Positions 1-10,658 of a stretch of 64,000 bases of DNA are shown here, piece after piece (positions within the stretch are counted from its first letter, which is position 1; each line of letters begins with the position of its first letter). This DNA is from an uncultured Trueperaceae bacterium (lineage in GTDB: Bacteria; Deinococcota; Deinococci; Deinococcales; Trueperaceae), in assembly GCA_963727505.1 (NCBI GenBank), contig CAVSGP010000009.1, forward strand, positions 480,001 through 544,000, given 5' to 3'. The position numbers and the translations under genes are program-made. The notes under the pieces are model-generated. The model ran no database searches. It worked only from the letters and a program-made list of their open reading frames with translations, and was not told where the DNA came from.

Positions 1-1
1 C

Positions 2-716
2 GCGTGGTGTCCGCGCGCGTAGCCCCCGCACCGGGCGCGGGAGCTTCGAACAACGCCGCTCTCGGGGCCTCGACGTGAAGTGGCGCCTGCAGCCGGCGCG
101 CCTCGGTGCGCACCACCGCGAGGGCTTCGCCCCGTGCCCCGGTCACGACCGGCACTCGGGGGCGGATCGCCCCGGCCTTGTCCCGCGCGATGCTGGCGAG
201 GTCGGGTCCGAGCGTATCCAGGTGGTCGGGCGTGACGTTGGTGAGGACCACGAGCTCCACGTTGCCCAGGGCGCGGGTGGCGTCGTGGGCACCCCCGACG
301 CCCGCTTCGACGACCGCCCAGCGCACGCGCGCACGCGCGAAGGCCGTTAGCGCCAGCGCCAGCGTCCACTCGAAGAAGGCCGGGGCTGGCTCGAGGTCGA
401 GCCGCTGCGCCCGGGCCACGAAACGCCGCACCGTCTCGCGTGACACCGGCCGGCCGTTGATGTTCACCCGCTCCCGGAAATCCTCGACGTGTGGCGACAC
501 GAAACGTCCGGACGACGGACCCCATGCCCGCAAGCCGGCGTCGATCATGGCCGTCACCGTCCCCTTGCCGTTGGTACCCACCACGTGAACGACGCGTTCG
601 GGCGTCGGTAGTGCGAGGGCGCGCACGAGCGCCTCCATCCTTGCAGGGTCGCGCGGCGCGCCGCTGCGTCGGCGGTCGTAGAGCCAGGCCAGGGCGTCTC
701 GGTAGGGAGGCAGCAT
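2..716 (-). CDS. folC: Folylpolyglutamate synthase/dihydrofolate synthase (5' part; runs off the window edge)
   Basis: Not in the ORF track because it is truncated. My translation from ATG 716 gives MLPPYRDALAWL...HVVGTNGKGTVTAM...FVSPHVEDFRERV...AFFE...VEAGVGG..DAT...DH...DKAG, the FolC motifs. Confidence 0.9.
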   Translation of the reverse strand, partial: MLPPYRDALAWLYDRRRSGAPRDPARMEALVRALALPTPERVVHVVGTNGKGTVTAMIDAGLRAWGPSSGRFVSPHVEDFRERVNINGRPVSRETVRRFVARAQRLDLEPAPAFFEWTLALALTAFARARVRWAVVEAGVGGAHDATRALGNVELVVLTNVTPDHLDTLGPDLASIARDKAGAIRPRVPVVTGARGEALAVVRTEARRLQAPLHVEAPRAALFEAPAPGAGATRADTT

Positions 717-738
717 GCCAGAGGTAACCGCCGAGCGG

Positions 739-1446
739 CTAGTCGTCGCGGCGCTTGCCGCGCCGAGGTCGCCGGCGGCGCGAACGGCGCCGACGCTTCC
801 CTGCGCCGCGGGTCCCCGTGCCGCCCCCGGACGGGGCGTCGAAGTCCTGCAGATCGTCCTCTTCGCTCACCTTGACCAGTAGGGCGTCCACGAAGCCGTC
901 CGTGAGGCGCTGGGTGAGCTTGAGCAGCAGGTGGGGAGGCTCGCGATCGACGTACGCGACGCTGCCGCCGGGATGGAGCAGGTAGGCGATGGCGGTGCGG
1001 GTCCCGAGGCTGGTGTCGAGGTCGACCTCACCGACGCGTTGCACGGTTACGTCCTTGCCGAGCAACGGGAGCACCCGGTGCTCGGTGTCCCCGAACTCAC
1101 GCAACTCGAGCAACAGCGTGAGGGGGTCTCGATAGGGCAGGAGGTAGGGAGTCGTGGCCTGGTCGCGATCCTTGGACGCCGTTACGAGTCCGGCGTCCGC
1201 GTCGAACACCACTTCGAAACGGCGCCGTCCCGAGCGTTCGTTCCACTCCTCGTGGAAGCGCTGGCTCACCCGCTCGCCTACGCCGCAGCGACTCCGCTGC
1301 ACCACGCTGCTGCTCCCGAGCGACCCCTGGAACTGTGCCCGCCCCTCCAGCAGTGTGGATCGACCGCGGTGGAGCGTTTTGAGCTCCTGGCTGCCGACCG
1401 GCTTGCCCTTGTGCGTCAAGCGGTAGCTGCACACCTCGACGGGCAT
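739..1446 (-). CDS. Conserved hypothetical protein (possibly DUF3108-like) with Arg-rich C-terminal tail
   Basis: 235 aa ORF with normal composition; TAGGTT -10 lies 5 nt before the ATG; fits between folC and galM. Confidence 0.7.
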   Translation of the reverse strand: MPVEVCSYRLTHKGKPVGSQELKTLHRGRSTLLEGRAQFQGSLGSSSVVQRSRCGVGERVSQRFHEEWNERSGRRRFEVVFDADAGLVTASKDRDQATTPYLLPYRDPLTLLLELREFGDTEHRVLPLLGKDVTVQRVGEVDLDTSLGTRTAIAYLLHPGGSVAYVDREPPHLLLKLTQRLTDGFVDALLVKVSEEDDLQDFDAPSGGGTGTRGAGKRRRRSRRRRPRRGKRRDD

Positions 1447-1571
1447 GCCTCAACCTACCACGGCTTCCCCCGGGGAATCGCATCGGCAGCGTCCCTCACG
1501 GCTCGGCCCGGCGCGCCCGCGTATCCTGTTGGCGTGTGGCGCACGTTGGAGCCGTTTTCGGAGGACGGTCG

Positions 1572-2651
1572 ATGAGCATGGACCGGACGGGGTGCCGGCG
1601 CCGCTCCTGGGGCAGGGTGCGCGGGCGGGAGGCGTCGTTGTACACGCTGCGCAATCGCGCCGGGATGGTTGCGCGCCTCAGCGACTACGGCGGTACCCTG
1701 GTCGGGCTCGAGCTTCCCACTCCCGCCGGCCCTCCGGTCGACGTGGTGCTCGGCTTCGACCGCCTGACGGGAGCCCCGGGTGAGGCCTACGCGCAAGAGC
1801 AGCCCTATCTGGGAGCGCTCATCGGGCGGGTGGCGAACCGCATCGCCGGGTCCGCGTTCGAGCTCGACGGGCGCCGCATCGTTCTCGCGCCCAACGACGG
1901 GGCGAACCTGCTGCACGGAGGCCCGCAGGGGTTCCACACCCGGCTCTGGGCCGCGCGGGCGCTGGACGACCCTGACGCGCCGGGCGTGGCGTTCTCCTAC
2001 CGGTCGCCCGACGGGGAGGGGGGCTTCCCGGGCGCCGTGTCGGCGGACGCGGTCTACCGGGTCGGGCCAGGCCAGCTCTTGCGTCTCGAGCTGAGCGCTG
2101 TCAGCGACGCGCCGACGCCGGTGAGCCTGACCCACCATCCCTACTTCAACCTGGCCGGCCATGCGGCCGGCGACGTGTTGCAGCACGAGCTCACGCTGTT
2201 CGCCGAGCGCTACACGCCGACGGGCGCGGACCTCGTCCCGACCGGCGAAGTGGGCGAGGTGGCCGGCACGGCCTTCGACTTCCGCACTCCCAAGGCGCTC
2301 GGCCGCGACCTCGCCGATCCGGCGCTCGGGAGCGGTTACGACGTGAACTTCGTGCTGTCGGGTAGACCCGGGACGCTGCGCCCCGCTGCGCGCCTGCGCG
2401 ACCCCGCATCGGGCCGGATGCTCGAGATCCACACCACCCAACCGGGCCTGCAGCTCTACACCGGTAACGGTCTCGACGGCAGCCTCGTGGGGAAGGGAGG
2501 CACCCGCTACGGCCGCCATGGCGGGGTTGCCCTGGAGGCGCAGGCGATTCCGAACGCGGTCAACACCCCGCGCTTCCCGTCGGTGTGGCTGCGTCCCGGC
2601 GAGGCGTACCGGCAGGTCGTCGAGTACCGTTTCTCGTTGGTCGCGGGCTAG
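1572..2651 (+). CDS. galM: Aldose 1-epimerase (galactose mutarotase)
   Basis: YLGALIGRVANRI, NLLHGG, THHPYFNL, GYDVNF, QPGLQLYTGN, ALEAQ motifs. Confidence 0.92.
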   Translation: MSMDRTGCRRRSWGRVRGREASLYTLRNRAGMVARLSDYGGTLVGLELPTPAGPPVDVVLGFDRLTGAPGEAYAQEQPYLGALIGRVANRIAGSAFELDGRRIVLAPNDGANLLHGGPQGFHTRLWAARALDDPDAPGVAFSYRSPDGEGGFPGAVSADAVYRVGPGQLLRLELSAVSDAPTPVSLTHHPYFNLAGHAAGDVLQHELTLFAERYTPTGADLVPTGEVGEVAGTAFDFRTPKALGRDLADPALGSGYDVNFVLSGRPGTLRPAARLRDPASGRMLEIHTTQPGLQLYTGNGLDGSLVGKGGTRYGRHGGVALEAQAIPNAVNTPRFPSVWLRPGEAYRQVVEYRFSLVAG

Positions 2652-3742
2652 AAGGGCAGATCGCTCTCTTCGAGCCGGGACAGGTCGGTGGTCGACTTGC
2701 CCTGCCGAAGGATGTTGATGAACAGTTGCACCAGGGACGGGTCGAGCTCGCGGCCGCTGCGCGCTTCCAGCGCCTTCTCGACCTCGCGCATGGGCATCGC
2801 CTGGCCGCGCTCGCTGGAGAGCATGTCGAAGACGTCGGCGGCCGCCACGATGCGCGCGACGAGCGGGATCTGCTCCTTGCGCAACCCGCCGGGGAAGCCG
2901 GAGCCGTCCCAGTTCTCGTGATGGGCGCGGATGCCCTCCGAGGCCGTGCGGAGCAGGCCGGCCGACGCCACCAGGTTGGCGCCGCGTTGGGGGTGCTCCA
3001 TGTCCTCGATCGACAGGTCCAGCCCTGCACCGAGCTTGCCGATGTCGTGGAGCATGGCGGCGAAGTACAGGTCCGCGAGCTCCTGGTTGGCGAGCTCCAG
3101 GGTGCGGCCCAGCGCCAGCGCGTAGGCGGTCACCCGCTCGGCGTGACCGAGCTGGGCGAAGTCCTGCGCCTCCATGGCCTGCACGAACGCCCGGGTGAAC
3201 TCGACCAGGCTGAGTTTGGTGCGACGCAGCTCGAAGGCCTGGCTCTGCGTCTCGCCCAGGATCGAACCCCAGCGAGCCGCCAGGCGCAGCTCGTTGTCGT
3301 CGAAGGCCGCGCCGGCATGGCGGTGCAGCACCAGCGAGCCGTACCGGACGAACCGACCGATGACCGGCACCACCAGGCTACTGGTGGCGTTGCGCATGCC
3401 CAACTCGCCGTACGCCGAGCGGATCTCGCCGGTGTTCGGCGTGAACAGCTCGGAGACCAGGTTGCCGATGAGGCGCGGGCCTGGCTCGCGCCAAGGGCCG
3501 TGCTCGGGCGTGAGGGTGAGCATCGAGGGGCTGTAGCCTTGCACCGCCTCGAAGGCGTAGCTTCCTCGCTCGTTGCCGCGCACGACGTATCCGCGCACGT
3601 CACCAGGGAGGGCGCGCGTGAGGGCGCGCAACGCCTCGGCACTGCGCTCGTCAGCGCGTGGCAACCGGAGCAGCCGCTCGACGGCCGCCAGCAGGTCCGG
3701 GCCACCGTCACCTTCCGAAGAGGAGAAGAGCCGTTTGAACAC
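2648..3742 (-). CDS. GAF + HD-GYP domain protein (putative cyclic-dinucleotide phosphodiesterase)
   Basis: GAF-like N-terminal half; HAERV, LHDIGK, HHENWDGSGFP, ARIVAAADVFD; start taken at GTG 3742 (VFKRLF). Confidence 0.8.
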   Translation of the reverse strand: MFKRLFSSSEGDGGPDLLAAVERLLRLPRADERSAEALRALTRALPGDVRGYVVRGNERGSYAFEAVQGYSPSMLTLTPEHGPWREPGPRLIGNLVSELFTPNTGEIRSAYGELGMRNATSSLVVPVIGRFVRYGSLVLHRHAGAAFDDNELRLAARWGSILGETQSQAFELRRTKLSLVEFTRAFVQAMEAQDFAQLGHAERVTAYALALGRTLELANQELADLYFAAMLHDIGKLGAGLDLSIEDMEHPQRGANLVASAGLLRTASEGIRAHHENWDGSGFPGGLRKEQIPLVARIVAAADVFDMLSSERGQAMPMREVEKALEARSGRELDPSLVQLFINILRQGKSTTDLSRLEESDLPF

Positions 3743-3888
3743 GTCATCCCTTCGGGCCGGCTCGTCCCCCGCCGGCCGTGCTCGGAGTCTACTCCCGGTC
3801 CGCACGTGCGTACTAAGGAAATGCTTACACGGCGCCGTCCGGAGACCTGCGGACGCCGGCGTGCGTAAGCTCGAAGGGAGGAGGCCCC

Positions 3889-6384
3889 ATGGACGACTCC
3901 GACATCTTCGAGACCTTGCCCCGCACCCCGGGCGCTTTGCGTTCCGTCCGCGCCGCGTCGGGCGCGGTCGAGATCGCCTATCAGCACGCCCGCCTACGCG
4001 CCGAGGCGGTGAGCCCCGGTATCGTCCGGATCCGGCTCGCCGAGAAGGCCTTCGCGCCGGAGCGCTCTTGGGACGTGCTTCGCTCCGGGTTGCCCGCGGC
4101 CGGTGCGGCCGTGACCGAAGTGGACGGGGGCGCCGTGCTCGAGCTCGACGGGATGCGGCTGACGCTGCAAGGCGACGAGGCCGCGATGGTGGTCGGCGGC
4201 GAGGACGGCGCTCGGTGGCTGGCCTCGGCAGGACCCCCACGCTGGGGCCGCGCGCGCCTCGATCGGTTGGAGCTCCCGCACCGTGAGGGGGACGCCCTAC
4301 CCGCCGGCGTCGACGGGGTGCTCCTGCGCCAGGAGTGGACGCTCGAGCCCGAGGACCGCCTCTGGGGTTTCGGGCAGCGGACCGGCGGGCTCGACCGGCG
4401 CGGCCGTACGCTCACGAACTGGGCCTCGGACTCCTTCGGGATCGGCCACCACCGCGGCACCGACAACCTCTACCAGGCGCACCCGCTGTTCCTGGCCGCC
4501 CGGCCGGGACGCGCCTTCGGCGCGTTCCTGCACGTCAGCCACTTCAGTCGCTTCGATGCCGGCGACCGTCACCCCGACCGATTGGGCATCGACGCGCTGG
4601 GCGGCGAGCTGGACCTGTTCCTGTTCGCAGGTCCCACACCCGCCGCCGTGGTGGAGCAGCTCACCCGCTTGACCGGGCGGCCGATGTTGCCGCCGGTCTG
4701 GGCGCTCGGCTTCCACCAGTCGCGCTGGGGGTACGCCAGCGCCGACGAGGTGGTCGCGCTGGTGGACGGCTTCCGAGAGCGCTCGTTGCCGCTGGACGCC
4801 GTCCACCTCGACATCGACTACATGCGCGGCTTCCGCTCGTTCACCTGGGACCCGGAGCGCTTCCCGGACCCGAAAGGCTTCGCCGAGCAGGTGCACGAGC
4901 GGGGCGCGCGGCTCGTCGCGATCATCGACCCCGGCATCAAGGACGAGCCGGGCGCCGGCTACGAGACGGCGGACGAACTGGTGACGCGGGGTCACGCGCT
5001 CCGCAACCCCGACGGCTCGCCGTTCCGCGGCTACGTGTGGCCCGATCGTGCGCTCTTCCCGGACTTCGCGCGTGCCGACGTGCGCGCCTGGTGGGGCGAC
5101 CGGCATCGGGCGAGCCTCGTCGAGACCGGGATCGACGGTGTCTGGAACGACATGAACGAGCCGACCGTCTTCGACCGGCCGTTCTCGACAGGGGCGGCGC
5201 GGAACCGCCCGTTCCCTCTCGGCCTCCGCCACGGCGACGCCGATGAGCCGGCCAGCCATCTGGAGGTGCGCAACCTCTACGCGACGCTGGAGGGCCGCGC
5301 CACCTACGAGGGGTGGGTGCGGCACGCGCCCGGGGAGCGACCCTGGGTGCTGACGCGCTCGGCCTTCCCGGGCAGCCAGCGCACCTGCGCCTCCTGGATG
5401 GGGGACAACAACAGCTGGTGGGAGCACCTCGCGATGAGCGTTCCGCAGCTGCTGTCAATGGGGCTCTCCGGCTCTCCGCACGTCGGGGCGGACATCGGCG
5501 GGTTCTTCGAGAACGCCCGCCCGGAGCTGTTCGCCCGCTGGATGGAGCTGGGTGTCTTCTACCCGTTCATGCGCGACCACACCGCTCTGGGCACGCGCGC
5601 CCAGGAGCCCTGGGCGTTCGGGGAGGAGGTCGAAGCCGTGTCCAGGGAGGCGCTGACATTGCGCTACCGGCTGTTGCCGTACCTGGTGACGCTGGCCCAC
5701 GAGGCCGCCGCCCGTGGCGCGCCGCTGATGCGGCCGATGGGGTTCGCCTTCCCTGACGTGGAGGACACGTTCGACGTGGAGGACGCCTTCATGCTCGGTC
5801 CCTGGCTTCTGGCCGCGCCCGCGTTGGAGCCGCGCTGCCGCTGGCGTCGAGTGGTGTTGCCGCCGGGCCGCTGGCTCGATTACTGGACCGGCCGACCGGT
5901 GGGCGACGCGGGCGCGGAGGGCGCTCGTCCCGTCCTGGTGGAGGCGACGCCCGGAAGGCCTCCGCTGCTGCTGCGGCAGGGTGCGCTGCTTCCCATCGGG
6001 AACGCCCGCCCGAGCACTGCGACGCCGTTGTCGGAGCTGCGCGTCGTGGCGACGGCCCCCGAAGGGCGCAGCGCCTTCGAGGTGGTCGAGGACGACGGCT
6101 GGTCGACGGCCTGGCAGGAGGGGGACGTGGCGCGCACCGGGTGGCGCTCCCAACGTGACGGGGACGCGCTCACCGTCACGGTCGGTGAGCGGGAGGGGGC
6201 GTTCCGCCCCTCACCTCGGACGGTCGTGCTGGAGATGCGCCTCGACGGGCCGCCGGAACACGCGGAGATGGACGGGGTCGCGGTCGACGTACGTTGGGAC
6301 CCCGCCCGTCGGGCCGCGGAGATCGCATGGCAGGACGACGGAACCGGGCGCGCGGTCACCGTCTGGGGAGGCCTCACGCCGTAG
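3889..6384 (+). CDS. Glycoside hydrolase family 31 (alpha-glucosidase-like)
   Basis: GFHQSRWGY, LDIDYM, WNDMNEP (nucleophile), WMGDN (acid/base), GADIGGF, PFMRDH; SD GGAGG upstream. Confidence 0.92.
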   Translation: MDDSDIFETLPRTPGALRSVRAASGAVEIAYQHARLRAEAVSPGIVRIRLAEKAFAPERSWDVLRSGLPAAGAAVTEVDGGAVLELDGMRLTLQGDEAAMVVGGEDGARWLASAGPPRWGRARLDRLELPHREGDALPAGVDGVLLRQEWTLEPEDRLWGFGQRTGGLDRRGRTLTNWASDSFGIGHHRGTDNLYQAHPLFLAARPGRAFGAFLHVSHFSRFDAGDRHPDRLGIDALGGELDLFLFAGPTPAAVVEQLTRLTGRPMLPPVWALGFHQSRWGYASADEVVALVDGFRERSLPLDAVHLDIDYMRGFRSFTWDPERFPDPKGFAEQVHERGARLVAIIDPGIKDEPGAGYETADELVTRGHALRNPDGSPFRGYVWPDRALFPDFARADVRAWWGDRHRASLVETGIDGVWNDMNEPTVFDRPFSTGAARNRPFPLGLRHGDADEPASHLEVRNLYATLEGRATYEGWVRHAPGERPWVLTRSAFPGSQRTCASWMGDNNSWWEHLAMSVPQLLSMGLSGSPHVGADIGGFFENARPELFARWMELGVFYPFMRDHTALGTRAQEPWAFGEEVEAVSREALTLRYRLLPYLVTLAHEAAARGAPLMRPMGFAFPDVEDTFDVEDAFMLGPWLLAAPALEPRCRWRRVVLPPGRWLDYWTGRPVGDAGAEGARPVLVEATPGRPPLLLRQGALLPIGNARPSTATPLSELRVVATAPEGRSAFEVVEDDGWSTAWQEGDVARTGWRSQRDGDALTVTVGEREGAFRPSPRTVVLEMRLDGPPEHAEMDGVAVDVRWDPARRAAEIAWQDDGTGRAVTVWGGLTP

Positions 6385-6418
6385 CCTGAGGACTGGAGAT
6401 GGCCCGCATGGTGACGTG

Positions 6419-7894
6419 ATGCTCCGGCGCGTGTTCGGCCTCGCAGTCTTGCTCGTGCTGCTGGTGGTGCCGGCGGCCTGCCTTCCGATCCCGAGGGCGG
6501 CGCAGCCGCTGGCAGTGCCCGCGCCCTCGTATCGCATGGCGCCGGAGGCGGTGGCGAGCGATTACATGGCCGTGCCGGGTGCCGAGGAGCCGCACACGCC
6601 GGCGCACCTCAACCGCAGCTACGTGCTCCGTCTCCGGGCCGACGAGCCGGCGCGCGCGGTCCTGGTGCTGGTCCCGGGTCTGTTCGGCGGCGCCGGCAGC
6701 CTGGAGATCGTGGGCAGGCAGCTGGTGGCGGCCACGCCGGGGCTGCAGGTCTGGCTCGTCGACCGGCGATCGAACGCGCTGGAGGATCAACGTGGGTTCG
6801 TCGCCGCCGCCCGCTCCGGCAACCCCGAGGTCGCACTGCGCTACTACCTGGGCGAGGGCGGCGCGCCGCCGACGTTCGTGCCTCCTGCCACGGACGCGCT
6901 GCGCTTCATGGCGTACTGGGGTCTACGCGTTCACCTCGAGGACCTTGCCAGCATCATCGATCGGGCCCACCAGGCGGCCCCCGAGGTCTACCTGGGCGGC
7001 CATTCGCTGGGCGCCAGCCTGGTCGCGCTCTACGCCGCCTATCGGCGCGACGACGGGGTTGTCGGCGCCGACACGCTCGCCGGTCTCGTGCTGCTCGACG
7101 GAGCTCCCGGCAGGACCGGCACGTTCGACCTTCCCGATGCCGTTTACGGGCGGAGCGTGGCCGGTTACACGGTGGTGCCGTCGGTCGACGCGATCGAATC
7201 GGGACGGGCGGCCCCCTACCTGGGACCCGGCATCGTGCCGCAGCGTATCGTGCGTTCGGCCGTCATCGCCGCCTTCGCCCGCGAGCGACCGGACGCGCTG
7301 GCACCTCCGGCGCTTGCGAGTTTCAGGATCAGCAACTTCGCACTGGCGGGGATCGATGCCGATGACACCTATGCGGAGCTCCCGACCTTCGCGCCTTCCC
7401 TGGGCGAGGCGACGAACGCCACGACCTCCGGCTACGCTCTGCCCTTCCTGCTGGAGGGCCGCTTCGGGGCGCGCAGCCGCAGCGTGACGGGCGTGGCGCC
7501 GGGCGCCGAGCACGTCGGCTGGACGGCGGGCGACCCGCCTGAAGCCACCGATCTCGCCGCCTACGTTCGGAGCGTGACGGGCGCGTCCACCGACCGGGCC
7601 GAGTGGTACTTCCCCGCCCGACTGTTGATCGACCTGTCCGCGTTGCCGGTCGATCTCGAGGGAGCTGCCGGCTTCGTGCCGTCGGCGTCGGTGCGCGTTC
7701 CCATGCTGGCGATCGGGGCGGGGCACGGCATGCTGCGCTCGACCGACGCCTTCGACGCCTACGCCAATACCGGGGTCGGTTCCTCGCTCACGCGTTACGT
7801 GGTGCCCGGCGTCACCCACGTCGACCTCATCACCGCGCGTGCGGCGCCGGTGGTGGGGTTGTTCCGGCGCTGGGCGGGCCTGGACCGTCCCTAG
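6419..7894 (+). CDS. Putative lipoprotein alpha/beta hydrolase
   Basis: Signal peptide ending in PAAC (lipobox-like), LVPGLFGG, nucleophile elbow GHSLG, C-terminal THVD. Confidence 0.72.
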   Translation: MLRRVFGLAVLLVLLVVPAACLPIPRAAQPLAVPAPSYRMAPEAVASDYMAVPGAEEPHTPAHLNRSYVLRLRADEPARAVLVLVPGLFGGAGSLEIVGRQLVAATPGLQVWLVDRRSNALEDQRGFVAAARSGNPEVALRYYLGEGGAPPTFVPPATDALRFMAYWGLRVHLEDLASIIDRAHQAAPEVYLGGHSLGASLVALYAAYRRDDGVVGADTLAGLVLLDGAPGRTGTFDLPDAVYGRSVAGYTVVPSVDAIESGRAAPYLGPGIVPQRIVRSAVIAAFARERPDALAPPALASFRISNFALAGIDADDTYAELPTFAPSLGEATNATTSGYALPFLLEGRFGARSRSVTGVAPGAEHVGWTAGDPPEATDLAAYVRSVTGASTDRAEWYFPARLLIDLSALPVDLEGAAGFVPSASVRVPMLAIGAGHGMLRSTDAFDAYANTGVGSSLTRYVVPGVTHVDLITARAAPVVGLFRRWAGLDRP

Positions 7895-9198
7895 CGGGTG
7901 ACGTCCTGGAGGGCCTGGGCGAGGAGATCGACGCCCTGGTCGACCTCCTTGGCGTCCACGGTGAGGTGCGGGGCGATGCGGATGACATTGTTGTACAGGC
8001 CGCCCTTGCCGATCAGCAGCCCGCGGCGCCGAGCGGCGCCCAGGAGCGCGTCCGCGCGAACGGGGTCCGGCGCCCTCGAACCGTCGGGCACCACGATCTC
8101 GAGCGCCTGCATGAGTCCCATGCCGCGCACGTCGCCGACGAACGCGAACGGTGCCGTGGCGTCGTCGAGCCGGGTCCGCAACCGGAGCCCCTGGCGGTGG
8201 GCGTTGTCGGGAAGCTTGTGCTGCTCGATGAACTCGAGGGTGGCGAGGGCGGCCGCCATCGACACGGGGTTGCCGCCGAAGGTCGAGAAGCTGGTCCCGA
8301 CCAGAGCGTCGGCGACCTCGGGGGTGGCGATGGTGCAGCCGATGGGAGCGCCGTTGGCCATGCCTTTGGCGAAGGTCATGATGTCCGGCGTGACGCCCCA
8401 GTGCTCGACGCCACACCAGCTCCTACCGGTTCGCCCCCAGCCCGTCTGCGCCTCGTCGATGATCATCAGGCCCCCGCCCTCGCGTACGATCGGCTCCACG
8501 CGACGCAGGTAGTCCCTTGGGAGCACTACGAAGCCGCCCACCCCCTGGATGGGCTCGGCCATGAAGGCGGCGATGGTGCCGTCGGTGGTCGTGGCCAGCG
8601 TCTCCTCGAGGTCCTGGATGCACAGATCGACCAGCGCTTCTTCGCTCAAGCCCACCGGGGCCCGGTAGGCATAGGGGCTGCGGACATGGCGGACGTCGCC
8701 GTCGAAGGTGCCGCCGATCCGCCAGGGGCCTTGCCCCGTCAGGCTCATCGCTTCCAGGGTGCGGCCGGCGTAGGCGTGCCGAAGCGTGACGATGGTGCGG
8801 TGGCCGGTGGCCATGCGCGCGGCGGCGACGGCGGTCTCGTTCGCTTCGCTGCCGCTGGAGGTGAAGAAGCACTTCTGGAGCCGCCCCGGCGTGAGCGCGG
8901 CGACCTTCTCCGCCAGGCGCACCATGACCTCGTTGACGTACAGGGTGGAGGTGTGCTGCACGCGCCCGAGCTGCTCGATGACACGGGCGTTGATCTCTTC
9001 GTTGGCGTGCCCCACCGACACCGTCAGCACACCCCCGAAGAAGTCGAGGTAGGTGCGACCCTCCACGTCCCACACGGTATGCCCCTTCGCGCGATCGACG
9101 ACCAGGGCGTCGTCGCCGAAGTAGGGATGGACCGCGGGGAACAGGTAGCGCTCGTATAACGCCAGGACGTCACGGCTTCGGGTCGGGTCGGAAGACAC
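7891..9198 (-). CDS. Class III PLP aminotransferase (AGXT2/GabT-like)
   Basis: YLDFFGG, SGSEAN, AEPIQGVGG, DEAQTGWGRTG, FAKGMANG (PLP Lys), TFGGNP. Confidence 0.9.
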   Translation of the reverse strand: MSSDPTRSRDVLALYERYLFPAVHPYFGDDALVVDRAKGHTVWDVEGRTYLDFFGGVLTVSVGHANEEINARVIEQLGRVQHTSTLYVNEVMVRLAEKVAALTPGRLQKCFFTSSGSEANETAVAAARMATGHRTIVTLRHAYAGRTLEAMSLTGQGPWRIGGTFDGDVRHVRSPYAYRAPVGLSEEALVDLCIQDLEETLATTTDGTIAAFMAEPIQGVGGFVVLPRDYLRRVEPIVREGGGLMIIDEAQTGWGRTGRSWCGVEHWGVTPDIMTFAKGMANGAPIGCTIATPEVADALVGTSFSTFGGNPVSMAAALATLEFIEQHKLPDNAHRQGLRLRTRLDDATAPFAFVGDVRGMGLMQALEIVVPDGSRAPDPVRADALLGAARRRGLLIGKGGLYNNVIRIAPHLTVDAKEVDQGVDLLAQALQDVTR

Positions 9199-9350
9199 GG
9201 CCTACCTCCGGATCCAGTGCGCCGGCGCCTCGGTGGAGCGGAATTCCAGGGGCTCAGTCTAGCACCGGCCCTGCGCCCGCCGGACGGCGGCGTGGCGGTG
9301 CCCGCCGCGTCCCGCGCCGCCGGCGCGGCCGAGACCGTAGACTGGTACGC

Positions 9351-10631
9351 ATGCTGGATCTGAGGTTCATCCGCGAGAACCCCGACGTGGTGCGTCGGGC
9401 GATCCGCGCCAAGCAGCTCCCCGATGCCCTCGAGAGCCTCGAGCAGCTCCTGCTGACCGACGAGGAGCACCGCCTGCTTCGGCGTGACCTGGAGGAGAAG
9501 CAAGCGCTCCGCAACGCCAACAGCAAGAAGATCGGCGAGATGAAGCGCCGGGGCGAGGACGCCGAGGAGCTGATGCGGCAGATGAGTGACGTCGCTTCCG
9601 AGGTCAAGCACCTCGAGGAGCGCGGCCGCAGCGTGGACGCCCGCCTGCAGGAGCTCTTGCTGGAGATCCCCAACCTGCCGCACGCCAGCGTGCCGTACGG
9701 GGAGAGCGAGCACGATAACGTCGTGGTGAAGGAGTGGGGCGAGCCCCCTACGTTCCCGTTCGAGCCGCGCCCGCACTGGGAGATCGCTGCGGAGAAGGGG
9801 TGGGTGGACCTCGAGGCGGGTGTCAAGATCACCGGCGCGGGCTTCCCGGTCTTCCGCGGCGCGGGCTCGCGGTTGGTGCGTGCGCTGGAACGCTTCTTCC
9901 TCGATCGCCTCGAGGACGCCGGGTACACCGAGCTGGTCGTCCCGCTCATGGTCAACGCCGACTCCGCGACCGCCACCGGACAGCTGCCCGACAAGGAAGG
10001 GCAGATGTACCAGGTGTCGGACGGCTTCTACCTGATCCCGACGTCGGAGGTGGCGGTGACCAACCTTCACCGCGACGAGATCCTCGACAGCGAGATGCTT
10101 CCGCTGCGCTACGCGGCGTACTCGGCCTGCTTCCGACGGGAGGCCGGCAGTTACGGCAAGGACGTCCGTGGATTGAACCGCGTGCACCAGTTCGACAAGG
10201 TCGAGATCGTGCAGTTCACGTTGCCCGAGCACAGCTACGAGGCGCTGGAGGCCATGACGCGGACCGCCGAGACGATGCTCGAGGAGCTCGGCCTGGCCTA
10301 CCGGCGGCTGCTGATGTGCACCGGGGACATGGGTTTCACGCAGGCCAAGAAGTTCGATCTCGAGGCGTGGAGCCCCGGTCAGCAGCGCTGGCTGGAGGTG
10401 TCGTCGATCAGCAACATCGAGGCGTTCCAGGCCGCGCGGCTCAAGACGCGGGCGCGTTCCGGCGGCGCGAACGGCAAGGGCCGGCCGGGGCCGGTCCACA
10501 CGCTCAACGGCAGCGCACTGGCGTTCCCGCGCACGATCGCCGCCATCCTGGAGACCTACCAGACCGCCGAGGGCAACGTGCGCGCGCCCGATGCGCTGCG
10601 CCCCTATCTGGGTCGCGAACTGCTGGGCTGA
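9351..10631 (+). CDS. serS: Serine--tRNA ligase
   Basis: MLDLRFIRENP, LIPTSEV, FRREAGS, RVHQFDKVE, HTLNGSALA. Confidence 0.97.
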   Translation: MLDLRFIRENPDVVRRAIRAKQLPDALESLEQLLLTDEEHRLLRRDLEEKQALRNANSKKIGEMKRRGEDAEELMRQMSDVASEVKHLEERGRSVDARLQELLLEIPNLPHASVPYGESEHDNVVVKEWGEPPTFPFEPRPHWEIAAEKGWVDLEAGVKITGAGFPVFRGAGSRLVRALERFFLDRLEDAGYTELVVPLMVNADSATATGQLPDKEGQMYQVSDGFYLIPTSEVAVTNLHRDEILDSEMLPLRYAAYSACFRREAGSYGKDVRGLNRVHQFDKVEIVQFTLPEHSYEALEAMTRTAETMLEELGLAYRRLLMCTGDMGFTQAKKFDLEAWSPGQQRWLEVSSISNIEAFQAARLKTRARSGGANGKGRPGPVHTLNGSALAFPRTIAAILETYQTAEGNVRAPDALRPYLGRELLG

Positions 10632-10658
10632 GGGAGCGGGCCGCGGCCGGCGGCCGGG

